62,900 nucleotides of DNA. It comes from Octopus bimaculoides (taxonomy: Eukaryota). Below the pieces are notes generated by a model that saw only the letters and a list, made by a program, of their open reading frames with translations, searched no databases and was not told where the DNA came from. This document shows, piece by piece, positions 36,623 to 48,399 of the stretch; the stretch's first letter is position 1, and every line of letters begins with the position of its first letter. The stretch is taken from assembly GCF_001194135.2 (NCBI RefSeq), contig NC_068981.1, positions 72,169,515-72,232,414 on the forward strand, read 5' to 3'. The translations under genes and the position numbers were made by a program.

Positions 36623-37175
36623 GCCCTGATGCAATACAAGGCAGTGGCTCACATGGCTTTTGATCTTAACTGATTGGAAGTGTTAGCATGTACATGTTTT
36701 GTCTTGGTATGAAAGATGGGCTACAACAAATATTCTGCTCAATACCATAGATTTGTTTGTCACTTGTTTGACCTTAACCAGTTGAGCATGTCCCTTAGTG
36801 GCTGACGATATGTGCATCTCTGATCGCAAGCAGAAGTAGTGAGGAAGCATCATAGCCATGTGTTGAAAGAAATTCTTTGGGGTTTGAATAATTCACCTCT
36901 GGAAACATGGGTATTTCATTCAACATCCTTAAACAACTCTTATTCAGAGACCTTTCGAGCGGAGTGGTCTACTCGACCGGAAGAAAATTCTAACTGGGCC
37001 CCACTTGCAAGGTCATGTACTTTTTATCTTGATATAAGAGCACCATGTCGCGCGCATATGGTTGTAATACATGTGCTTGGTGTACCCTTATAAGATGGGT
37101 AGTCATGATGGGTATATTGGGCTTCATATATTTTACCCCAGTATCACCTTGATGGCATGCACTGCTCTCTCTCTC
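36623..37175 (+). mobile_element. Unclassified 550-bp non-coding element ('element X') bounded by TAA arrays
   Basis: Second copy at 38237; no convincing ORF or Pol III boxes; TAA arrays on both sides. Confidence 0.75.
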
Positions 37176-37246
<71 letters not shown>

Positions 37247-37256
37247 TAATAATAAT

Positions 37257-38161
37257 GCATAGACAGTATATACTTCGAGGCCGAAATACTGATGTAGACC
37301 AAGCAACAACCCATCAGTGACTGAGAAGCTTAGTACTGAAAGCAGAGACTGAAGGTTTCATATTAGCAGCACGAGATTAATGCTTGCTAACCAAAAACTA
37401 CCAGGATAACGTTCTTCAAAACGGTTCTGACCCTAAATGCAGATTTTGCGATAAATTTGATGAAACAATAGATCATCTCGTCCTGGGATGTCTTGTGTTG
37501 ATACCAAATGAATACAAAAATCACCACGATAGTATAGGACGGTATTTATATTGGAAAATATGTAAACATTACAAAATCAACACTCCTGCTTACTGGTATG
37601 AACATCATCCTGAGCCAGTCGTTGAAGGTAAAAATGTTACTACCCCCTGGGATTTTCCAGTCAACACCGACAGAACGATCCAGACTAATCGGCCAGATAT
37701 AGTCATTAAAGAAAGGGAAGAAAATACTTGTAGACTAATGAATGTAAATGTTCCCAATGATAAAAATATATCTGTAAAGGAATTTGACAAATTAAGTAAA
37801 TATAAGGACCTGGAAATAGGAAATAGAAAAGATGTGTCATCTTAAAGTGAGAACTGTTCCTGTTATTGTGGGTGCCCTAGGTATGATAAAAAAATGGATG
37901 TCAGAAACATCTAGATAATATCCAAGGAGAAATCCAAAAGATTGCGCTAACAAGTACTGCTCACATCCTTAGAAAAACCCTATCAATTTAGATGTCTGTG
38001 TTGTATATTAAAGATATGAAGATATGAAGATATTTCGCTACTGCCCCTGCCACTTCTCCCCAAGCTTTCAGTCATACTCTAACATCTCTTATCCTTCACT
38101 CACCCTAGGACGCTAGATGTGTCTCGGCAAGTGATTGTAACAAACATGAGGATTAAAAGCA
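37257..38161 (+). mobile_element. 5'-truncated R4/Dong element (zinc knuckle, RLE, 3' UTR) bounded by TAA arrays
   Basis: LKAETEGFILAA, CRFCDKFDETIDHLVLGC, HHDSIG, WYEHHP, RPDIV, KLSKYKDL, TAHILRKTLSI*. Confidence 0.93.
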
Positions 38162-38168
38162 AATAATG

Positions 38169-38236
<68 letters not shown>

Positions 38237-38238
<2 letters not shown>

Positions 38239-38409
38239 CTGCAAGGTCATGCGCTGTTTATCTTGATATGAGATCACCATGTCACGCACTTATGGTTGTG
38301 ATGCATGTGTCTGGTGTACCCTTAACAGATGGGTAGTCATGATGGGTATACTGGGCTTCGCATATTTTATCCCAGTGTCCCTTTGATGGCATGCACTACT
38401 CTCTCACTC
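38237..38409 (+). mobile_element. 5'-truncated copy of element X bounded by TAA arrays
   Basis: Colinear with 37003-37175, same 3' end CTCTC(A)CTC(AAT)n. Confidence 0.85.
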
Positions 38410-38487
<78 letters not shown>

Positions 38488-38489
38488 CC

Positions 38490-39100
38490 TTTCTACAATT
38501 TGTGTAAGTACTCTCTCCAATTCCTGCTCTCCGACAGGTCTATACTTAGAGCGGTGCCATCCTCTCTTGCAATTTTTGAAATTTTCATCCACCTTTCAAT
38601 AAATTTACTCGACAATAACACCTCCATCTTCGCCCTCACTTTCATTTTCAAGTGAAAGTTGAGAAAGTCCATGAGGGCTCTACACAAGAGAAACCTCTCT
38701 GTCTGTACGCCTTTCAGTCTCGTACGAAATCACCTCATAACTTACATCCACCCAGAGGCTTTGATAGAACTAAACTCAAACCAACGTAAATGGACTACTA
38801 ATTCACTGACTGATGATACTGCTACTGGTTAACATTGACTTACTGTTCAAGTTACCGACTTTGAAGCTTTATGATTTGTCTTAGTCTACGAGCACTTCTG
38901 TTACTAATTCTAGTTTTGTACCAACTAATTTAAGTTCCGATGCGACCGATACTACAATAGTAACGGCTCCGAGCACATCGTCCTGATATCCCTGCGTTTC
39001 AGCATGCTTGAGATGCTCCTCAGTCCTACCGTTTTCTGTAGTTGTGGCTCATCGCCAAAATGTATGGCGACAATGACAGAAGACACTCTTAACAGGCCGT
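38490..39100 (-). mobile_element. Degraded L1/Tx1-like ORF2 C-terminal fragment
   Basis: FLNFHLKMKVRAK...KFIERWMKISKIAR resembles Tx1-type ORF2 C-termini; upstream part heavily decayed. Confidence 0.5.
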
Positions 39101-39612
39101 CTGTTGGTTAGTTCCAAATAACATCAATTATGATATGCATCATCAAAATAAATGATTGGTTTTCATCTGAAGATTTATTTCTTCAGCTATAAGCGTGTAA
39201 GAATGTTAAAAATAGAATCTCTCTTGAGAAATTCAAATCAACAAGTGGCAAAATGTCTTATATTTTTAATGATAAATATGCTGATACACATGTTTGCGAA
39301 AATGTGCATATTTATCTTGGTGTACGGTCGTGTGTATCTAAGCATATATACATATACCACACACACACACACACATATTTATGTGCTGCCACATGTAACC
39401 GAGGAAGACCATTAATGGCCATTAAGAACATTGTGTTCTCAGACAAAGTTATACTTTACATTCGTAGCTCAGCTGGTGACTAATAAGCCCAGCCCTTGAT
39501 AAACAATCACATTAGCAGATATTGCAGATCAAGTACCCCCATTCACTACACGCACGCATGCTCGCGCATGCGCGCACACACACGCACACACACGCACACA
39601 CACACACACACA

Positions 39613-41360
39613 CGCGGGGCGGCTGTAAATTTCATAGACCGACCAAGTTACTCTCATGGGATGTGACCAATTGAGATTTATTTTTCAACATAGTTCCCCT
39701 TGAAGTCCGCACACTTCTTCCATCGGTGTTGCTGTGCTTGGATCCCATTGGTGAACAAGCTTTGATCCTGTTGGTCAATAAAGTCAAAAGCAGATATGAC
39801 GTCATCATCACTGTCGTACTGGTTCCCAAGCATAGTTGTTTTTTTTACATGCTGGGGAATGTCTGATGGGGTCAAATCAGGAGAATAGAGAAGGTGATCA
39901 ACCAGTTCAAAGCCACAGTCACACACAACAGCAATTGAAACCATTGAAACGTGCGTGTCGGAGCATTGTACTGATGAAAGAAGGTCGCTTTCGTCAGTTT
40001 TCTTGGAAGTTTGATCTTGATAGCCTTTCGTAACTGCCTCGATGTAGCCCTTTTGAGGATAGTCAATAAACACAATGCCGTTTACTTCCCAAAAAAACCG
40101 AATCCACCACCTTCCCTGCAGATGAAACGACTTTGGCCATCTTTGGGACAGGTGAGAAGGAGTATTTCCACTGCATGGATTGTCTCTTTGTCTTTAAACT
40201 GATGAAGCTAACGCTTATCTTGGGTTAAGAAACGTTCAAAGAAACCAGCTGTATCTGACTGACACAATGTCAGATTTTCCCATGATGTGATCAGCCTGGT
40301 GTGCTTTTGGTCAGGTGTCAAACGACGTGGCAGCCACCGAGTAGACACTTTCGTCATGCCAAATATATTGTGCAGAATTGGCAATTTGATTTATAGCCAA
40401 TCGCCTGATACTCTAACTATGTGGTGAAGGTTTTCCTTGGTCGTGGCAGTTGCAGGAAGTGCAAAATTTGGATCTTGTTCAAAACTCTCCCTCTCCCTCC
40501 TATATTCAGTAGCCCACTTTTGCACTGTTGACGAAGCTTAGAGTGTCATCCCTATTGTAGCAAGCATGTCAGCTTGAATGCCGTTGGGGACTAAAACCTT
40601 TTTCTGCAGGGTCATAAGAACGCCACGATGTCAAATATAGTCGACTTTCAAGAGAAGTCGCTATTAGTTACGTTTGAAGTGTTCTTCAAAGAGTCAGATA
40701 TCAGTTTACTTGGAAAGAAACAATGCAATTATTAATAAGATGGTGGAGGCGCAATGGCCCAGTGGTTAGGTAGCGGACTCGTGGTCAGAGGATCGCGGTT
40801 TCGATTCTCAGACCGGGCGCTGTGAGTGTTTATTGAGCGAAAACACCTAAAGCTCCACGAGGTTCCGGCAGGGGATGGTGGTGAACCCTACTGTACTCTT
40901 TCACCACAACTTTCTCTCACTCTTACTTCCTGTTTCTGTTGTGCCTGTAATTCAAAGGGCCAGCCTTGTCACTCTGTGTTACGCTGAACATCCCCGAGAA
41001 CTACGTTAAGGGTACACGTGTCTGTNNNNNNNNNNCTCTTTCACCACAACTTTCTCTCACTCTTACTTCCTGTTTCTGTTGTGCCTGTAATTCAAAGGGC
41101 CAGCCTTGTCACTCTGTGTTACGCTGAACATCCCCGAGAACTACGTTAAGGGTACACGTGTCTGTGGAGTGCTCAGCCACTTGCACGTTAATTTCACGAG
41201 CAGGTTGTTCCGTTGATCGGATCAACTGGAACCCTCGTCGTCGTAAGCGACGGAGTGCCAACAACAATAATAAGATGAGCTGAAATTAATGCGTGCAAGA
41301 TTTTAGAGCTCTAGCATCACTCCTTCATAATCAGTCCATGAAGTTTTAAACTCGCTCTTG
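39613..41360 (-). mobile_element. Decayed mariner transposon with a SINE nested in its 5' UTR
   Basis: LYSPDLTPSD and HRWKKCADFKGNYVEK* remnants; degenerate TIRs at 39613-39642 and 41331-41360. Confidence 0.85.
40743..41267 (+). mobile_element. tRNA-derived SINE family C (RTE-like tail) with a 10-bp TSD
   Basis: A-box TGGCCCAGTGG, B-box GTTTCGATTC, tail CTCGTCGTCGTAAGCGACGGAGTGCC(AAC)n; TSD TAATAAGATG at 40733-40742 and 41268-41277; includes a 130-bp assembly duplication. Confidence 0.88.
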
Positions 41361-41504
41361 TGTATATTCTACAGACTGTCAGAATAATGTGGACGCCTCT
41401 GATGAGAATCCAATGAGGTTCGAAAATCAATTCAGGTTGTTCATCGTTTTTTCAGTCTGCAGAGAAATGGCTAAAATTTGCCTTGTTTATAATTATACCA
41501 TATG

Positions 41505-41578
<74 letters not shown>

Positions 41579-42541
41579 TCTAGTATATTGTGGTGTGTGC
41601 ATGTACATGTGTAGTTTTTCTAACAGTTGGAACTCGAAGTAGATAACGCTATGAATAATAGCGTGTAAAATATTTGATAATGCCCTTGGATCAATAAAGT
41701 CGAAGTCTGCACATGTATGTATGTATACGCACACAAACACAAATATATATACACATATACATGTACATATATATATATATATGTATGTGCGCGTGTGTGT
41801 GTGCGTGTGTGTGTGTTATGTGTGTTTTTATTAATTTTCTACTATACCTTTGAAAATGTTATATATATATACAACATTGTGCGGATGACTGCAAACAAAA
41901 TTGCTTTAATAAGATCAATCTTCCTTACATTTTGATTCAAGTATGATAAAAAAGATGCAATTATGTCTAAGGTTATAGTTGAGTGACTTAACCTTGGTGA
42001 TGCCTTCAATGACGGCAAAATTCGAATATAATTACAGAAGGTGATGCACCCAAATTTAAACACCGTAAATAACTTGTTCCCAAGTCTCAACCGATCATAT
42101 CAAAGTTACCTTATAAATAATTCAGTACTATTAATTTTAATCTTATTTGTTCCTAAAATATTTGTCTATTCTTCTATTCGTGTCTTCTTTCTGTATTCCT
42201 CATCTCCGTATCCAATAAACAAAACAAGAAAGGAAAAACATTGTCCTATACTTCTTAGCGTCTTAACTGTTTATATTCACCTGCTGAGGTTTACTGATTT
42301 CTATTTGCTTAAGCCTTTATTTATTTAGCGTTCCCTGATCATTTCTTGTCTTCTGCTTTTACACGTGATAAATATAGTATTTGCAACTGTTTCAGGTCTT
42401 AGAGCTTTCATTAATAATTTTATTTTACTTGTTTATATTTATCCGCTGAAGTTCACTGATATCTGTTTATTTAAGCCTTCATTGGTTTATTTGTCTAGTC
42501 TTCAGATATAATTTCTTTGTTGCTTTTATAAGTGGTAAATA

Positions 42542-43460
42542 TGTAGTGAAACTACCTCCCGCCATTAGATACAAACTACTATCGCCATTACATACAATCT
42601 TCTCATTTAAATATAAATAAATGCGAGCGTAGTAGAGAACCCATTCCTTGTCATCACGTGACTGATTATTATTCGAATCGGCAACTTCTTCGAACCGTTC
42701 CCGCCAGAACGCAAACTGACCAATCACAGCCCCTAATAAGGTCACGTGATAGAGTATTAAACTGAAGCATTCGGGAGCCAATAATTCGCCTTAAATAGAT
42801 CAACTCATACCCAACAAATTTGTCTCGGTCCAGTTTCTCTTAGAGATTGTTCCGTGTACCACACGACAGCAGCAGCAGCCAGCGACCACTTCAGCAGCTT
42901 CGTCCNNNNNNNNNNNNNNNNNNNNNNNNNNNNNNNNNNNNNNNNNNNNNNNNNNNNNNNNNNNNNNNNNNNNNNNNNNNNNNNNNNNNNNNNNNNNNNN
43001 NNNNNNNNNNNNNNNNNNNNNNNNNNNNNNNNNNNNNNNNNNNNNNNNNNNNNNNNNNNNNNNNNNNNNNNNNNNNNNNNNNNNNNNNNNNNNNNNNNNN
43101 NNNNNNNNNNNNNNNNNNNNNNNNNNNNNNNNNNNNNNNNNNNNNNNNNNNNNNNNNNNNNNNNNNNNNNNNNNNNNNNNNNNNNNNNNNNNNNNNNNNN
43201 NNNNNNNCCAAGAACTGGTATAATTACTCACGTGTTATTTACTGACTCTCTTTCTCTCTGCTGTAATAACTCACACACATGTATCACTCACATACACACT
43301 TTTCTTTGTATGACAGCCTGTCTTTGATTATGTTATTATATGTCGCATTCACACTCACACACAGACATACATCTTTAACGCTACAATAAATATCTCTGTT
43401 ATTCATCTTATACGGTTGTGGTCTTTCATTACTGGTCATCTATGTTATCGTAGCATAACA
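42542..43460 (+). mobile_element. Probable solo LTR
   Basis: Begins TGTAGTG and ends CATAACA; promoter-like motifs then AATAAA at 43385; no matching TSD seen; gap inside. Confidence 0.5.
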
Positions 43461-44964
43461 TATGTATATCATCATTGATATATAATATTGTGTGTTCGAC
43501 CGTGTGACACGTTTAAATAAAAGGAGTCCTCTGTTTTTCCATTCGTCACCATTTCTCCTTTTTGAGTTCGCACGGTCGTCCCTTACAAATATAACATCTG
43601 CAATTGTTTCATGCTTTGAAACTTTCATTAATAACTTTACTTTTATTATTTTGTTAGTTCGTTCAATTTATGTTTTACTGCTCTCATAATATACTCTATT
43701 GTATCCTTAATCTTTAAATCCTCCCCAAGAGCCTTAAAAATGGCAAAAGGTTGATGGCTGAAAGATGTAGTCTTATTTATACTAAGCAGCATTATACTAA
43801 AGATGGTAAAATGCATTGAAGAAGGTTAAAAGCAATAATGGTTGAAAAACAGACGAGAAAAAAGTAGATATGGATGCAAATAAACTGCAAACTACATGGA
43901 GTTAAATTTTGAAAACTGAAGAAAAGTAAACATTAGACATAAATTGAAATGTTACAGCGAAAAAGGCAGAGCAGGACACAATCTGAAATTGGAAAGCACC
44001 AAAGATATTAAAAATATAATCGAGATAATGCGCTAGACTATATACAGAACAGCTATAAAGAAAGGGAATTATATCAAATCTCAACTGTACACTAAGTCCA
44101 ATAATGTATTAAAATACTCTTAGAGGGAAATTTTTTTATCAATTGAATATCGTAAAATATTCTCTTATGTAACACAGCAAAGCTATTCCAAAATAGATGA
44201 TGAATTTAAATCAACACAAGCATGCAACTGTGCAATATTAAAATCTTAACAAATGAAAACGCAATCAAAACAAACACACAGGATAACATTCCTATTGTGG
44301 GAGAAATAATCGATGATAGAGAATGCATAAGCGAACAGAACAAAATTTTGATAAATAAATAAGGAAATAAATATAGAGGAGACGGAAAAAAGGGGTATAA
44401 AGCAACCTAAATTATTTAGTTTAGAGATATGACCCCCCCCCCCAAAAAAAAAAACTAATGAAAGCTACTGTAAAAACACAGCTTAAACACAAATGTTGAG
44501 ATTCAGACCAAACGAAAATTAGAATATATATAAATGTCAATAATTCTGTGAACGAAAAAACAAAAACTGTTTAATACTAATTCTTAAAAAAAATGTTTCT
44601 TTGATTGTCAATAATTGACCCTCACTCTCTCTTTCCCCTTTCCCCCCACAAGCACACGAACGAGAAAGCTAAAATATAGTTTTATTCAGCTTGCTACAAC
44701 ATGCGCTCGATTGATATGCTTATCTAAGGAACGAAACTGAAAATATCCAAACTTCAACAACGAAACAAGCTTGAGTGTTACGCTTTAAACAATCTTAACA
44801 ATAGAAAGCGCAATCGAAACCTTTAACTTATTGCAACAAAATTGTAAATAACTATAAATTCCTGACTACAAATAGAAATAAAAACGTTTATAAAATGTGA
44901 AATTTCCATGCACCCCTCTAGTACTAATAAATGGAATAGGAGTTAAATTCACTTAAAAATTAAT

Positions 44965-45179
44965 CTTTTCTACTCTAGGCACAAGGCCCAAAATTATTGG
45001 GGAGGGGGGGGGCAGTCGATTAGATTAACCCCAGTACGGAACTGGTGCTTAATTTATCGACCCTGAAAGGATGAATGGTAAAGTCGACTTCGTCGGAATT
45101 TGACCTCAGAACATAAAGACAGACGAAATACTGCTAAGCAGTTCGCTCGGCGTGCTAACGATTCTGCCAGCTCGCCGCC
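44965..45179 (-). mobile_element. SINE family A, complete copy with a 17-bp TSD
   Basis: TTCACTTAAAAATTAAT at 44948-44964 and 45180-45196. Confidence 0.95.
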
Positions 45180-45260
45180 TTCACTTAAAAATTAATATAA
45201 CAGCAATTGCATTACAGTAAAGTTTAAGAACCAATACACTTTTCTTATATTATACCATCG

Positions 45261-45480
45261 TAGTAGCGATCTGGCAGAATCGTTAGCGCGCCCGATAAAA
45301 TGCTTCACTGCATTCTTGTCGGCTTTACGTTCTGAGTTCAAATGCTACCAAGGTCGACTTTTCTTTTTATCCTTTCGGTGAGGTTGAGAAAATAAGTACC
45401 AGTTATGCACTAAAGTTGATGCTATCGACCTACCCACTCCCCCAAAATTTCAGGCCTTGTACCTATGGCAGAAGACATTA
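45261..45480 (+). mobile_element. SINE family A, first unit of a tandem pair
   Basis: Head to tail present. Confidence 0.88.
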
Positions 45481-45493
45481 TTTTATACTACTG

Positions 45494-45711
45494 TAGTAGT
45501 GATCTGGCCGAATCGTTAGGGCGCCAGACAAAATGCTTAGCTGCATTTCTTTTGGCTTTACGTTCTGAGTTCAAATGCTGCTGAGGTCAGTGTTGACTTT
45601 CATCCTTTTGAGAGTCAATAAAAATAAATACCAGTCGAGCACTGGGGTTATATAGATGTCTATCTCCCTCTCAGCAAATTTCAAGCTTGCACCTGTAAGA
45701 GAACGAATTAT
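45494..45711 (+). mobile_element. SINE family A, second unit of a tandem pair
   Basis: Shares unusual variants with the 45261 copy. Confidence 0.88.
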
Positions 45712-45729
45712 TTTATACCAGTAATATTT

Positions 45730-45942
45730 ATTTCTACTTATAGGCACAAGAACTGAAATTTATGGGGAGGAGACTGGTCGTTTACGTCGACTCCACTGCT
45801 CAACTGGTACTTATTCGATCGACCCCGAGAAGATGAAACGCAAATTTGACTTCGGCGGAATTTTAACTTAAAGCGTAAAGCCGGAAGAAATACTTCGAAT
45901 AATTTTGTCTGGCGCGCAAATATTCTACCAGCTCACTACCTT
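45730..45942 (-). mobile_element. SINE family A copy
   Basis: Tail, central block and head in reverse orientation. Confidence 0.85.
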
Positions 45943-46194
45943 TGTACCATTATGCTACTAATATTAGATATCGAAGTCATTCATCGTAGACGTACAATGA
46001 AAGACCGCATAATATATTATAAAATATCGTCAAAAGAAAAGGATAATATACAAGTGAATAAATTAGTGTATGTCTTTAATTGATATAAAAAAAACTCACC
46101 ACGATACAATCGTTGTAGTAACAACAACACACAAGCTCAGATCAAATCAAATGTCAAACAAATGCAAAACACTAAGCATTTAAGACAGTTTATT

Positions 46195-46333
46195 AAGGTG
46201 GCGAGCTGGCAGAGTCGTCAGCACACTGGACAAAATGTTTAGTCGCATTTCGTCCGTCTTTAGTTCTAAGTTTAAATTCCGCCGAGGTCGACTTTGTCTT
46301 TCATTCTTCCGGGGTCGATAAAATAAGTACTAG
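46195..46333 (+). mobile_element. SINE family A, 3'-truncated copy
   Basis: AAGGTGGCGAGCTGGCAGA head through GGGGTCGATAAAATAAGTAC. Confidence 0.9.
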
Positions 46334-46486
46334 AATTTTAAGAAAGTATATTTACTTGTATACAGGCATTGTCTTATATCTTTATATTTCATTGTGTATA
46401 ATCAAATAATTGTTGATTTCCTTCCTTGGAGCATTTATGGTATCTTTTGGAACTTTAAATGTTACCACATACATACATACATACAT

Positions 46487-46525
<39 letters not shown>

Positions 46526-48399
46526 TGTTGATAATAAGACTGACTCAATACTGTTGAAAATTAAAAATGTAGTGTCTTATTTGGCGTGTTATTTTATAAT
46601 TTTGCTGAGTTATGATCATATAAACCACCGAAATGCAATATCGTTAATCTGGTTTATGATAATATTGTACTTCTTGATAGTTTTCAATTCATTTGAGGGA
46701 AACGTTTAAAAATAAAATATATCAAAGTCATTCAGATAAAAGCAAAAGGAAAGATGAAAAGAACGGAGAATACCCTATATTTGAGATGGTATTCATCGAA
46801 TTTAGAGAATGACTTAGGGAATAGTCAAAGACTGCGTTAATTCAACTTTTGTGATGTGTTAATAACCAAATCTTTAAACAAATCATATGAGATAATGCAT
46901 TAAGATTTATGATCTATTTTCTACGGTAACAAGATTAACACAGAACGATTACAGTTACCAACAGAAAAAGCAGAACTAACATGTAAGTAATATTCGCTAA
47001 TACAGTTACTTATATACCTACTTATTTTTATATTTAGTTTCTTTTTCTAAGTAGATCTTACACTAACTTTTCGCAATGCAATATTCTTTCTTGCAAAACA
47101 AAACTTACCAATGAAGAGAAAACTTATTCTGTATATTGATGTCTGTATCAGCGTGTTATGCAATTATGTTGCTGCTCAAGCTTAGTTCTAAATGTGAGAG
47201 CATTTATCAAAGGCATTCCAGCCATGACAATCTCATTTATTTATCAGGCATTGTGTGTCCAAGAACGTTATGTAATGGCTCCTTACTTTCCCGATACAAT
47301 AGGGTGCGATATGAGTCAAATCGTAAAACAAATTCTGCGTTCGTTCAGCATAGAGGCACTTTGTTTATTCCCCACCATCTCTGATTGAGCAGATACATGA
47401 TTAAACACACACCATTCGTGGTCATCTTTTTGTATATTTAATACAACGTTATGTGCTCTTTTTTAAATGGTAGGGTATGGCTTAGGGGATTTGGGCTGAT
47501 ATTTGTGGTAGATTGAGTTACCACATAGACTCTAGACTTTAGATTCTAGATTGTAGAGTCAACGTATCGAGAGTCTAGGTACTCTCACATCGGATCAACT
47601 TTGCGATTTTCTCTTTCATTGGTATGCATTATCTTTTATTTGTACACATTTTCATATCATGGGAAGTGTCATAATTTCTTCTCTTTTCCTTGTAGACACG
47701 TTTTATTGCAGCTATCGGTCAATGTTATAATGTTATCACTAGATTTTCCTTTCAGGTTTGCTCATTTCGTTCAGAGATTTTAATACACACATACGCACGC
47801 GTGTGTGTGTGTGAGTGTGGGTGTGAGTGTGAGTGTGTGTATGTGTGTTAACACTAGTTACCTGATGCTAGAATGTCTAAGTTATCACTGTAGATGTCCT
47901 TGCCGTAAGTTTTGTTGCTTCTGTGCAGAGACCATAACAACTTGATGAACAGAAACTGTTCGTTGTACGAATGAAAATGTCTCAACAACCAAACAAGCTT
48001 GATACTAGCTTTCAACCACTTATCGACCACGGATATATGGAAGGCTTAGTCAATATTGACATGATTCTAAATTAGGATTACTAACTATCGCGTGGATCAG
48101 TCTTGCTGACTATAATTCCGCAGCAATGCCTCAACTTGAACAGTGTACAATTACAATTTTCAGGTTATAAACCTTCATACTGATTCTTGAAATACCCAAC
48201 ATTCGCAGTAAACACAGACCACTAGAGATATTTTACGAAGATAATACTTCCTTTTAATCACGTGCACGTAACTTACGTTTATGTTGCTTTTATATATATT
48301 CAGGGAGAGATGCTTAAAATAGTGACAAAGAAAATATTCACTATGATACCTTGTGCTTGGAGAACATATGTGAGGGCTAACGAACATAATGGCTGGAGC

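Noticed and set aside
36594-38487. Repeat-spacer appearance reminiscent of a CRISPR array
   Set aside because: The repeats are simple TAA runs, the spacers are 170-900 bp retroelements, and the context is eukaryotic
40743-40815. tRNA-like sequence (also the heads of SINE families A and B)
   Set aside because: A and B boxes are present but there is no complete cloverleaf and the sequence continues into a SINE body; not tRNA genes
40896-41165. Exact 130-bp direct duplication (40896-41025 and 41036-41165)
   Set aside because: The copies sit on either side of a 10-N gap, which is typical of unmerged overlapping contig ends; treated as an assembly artefact
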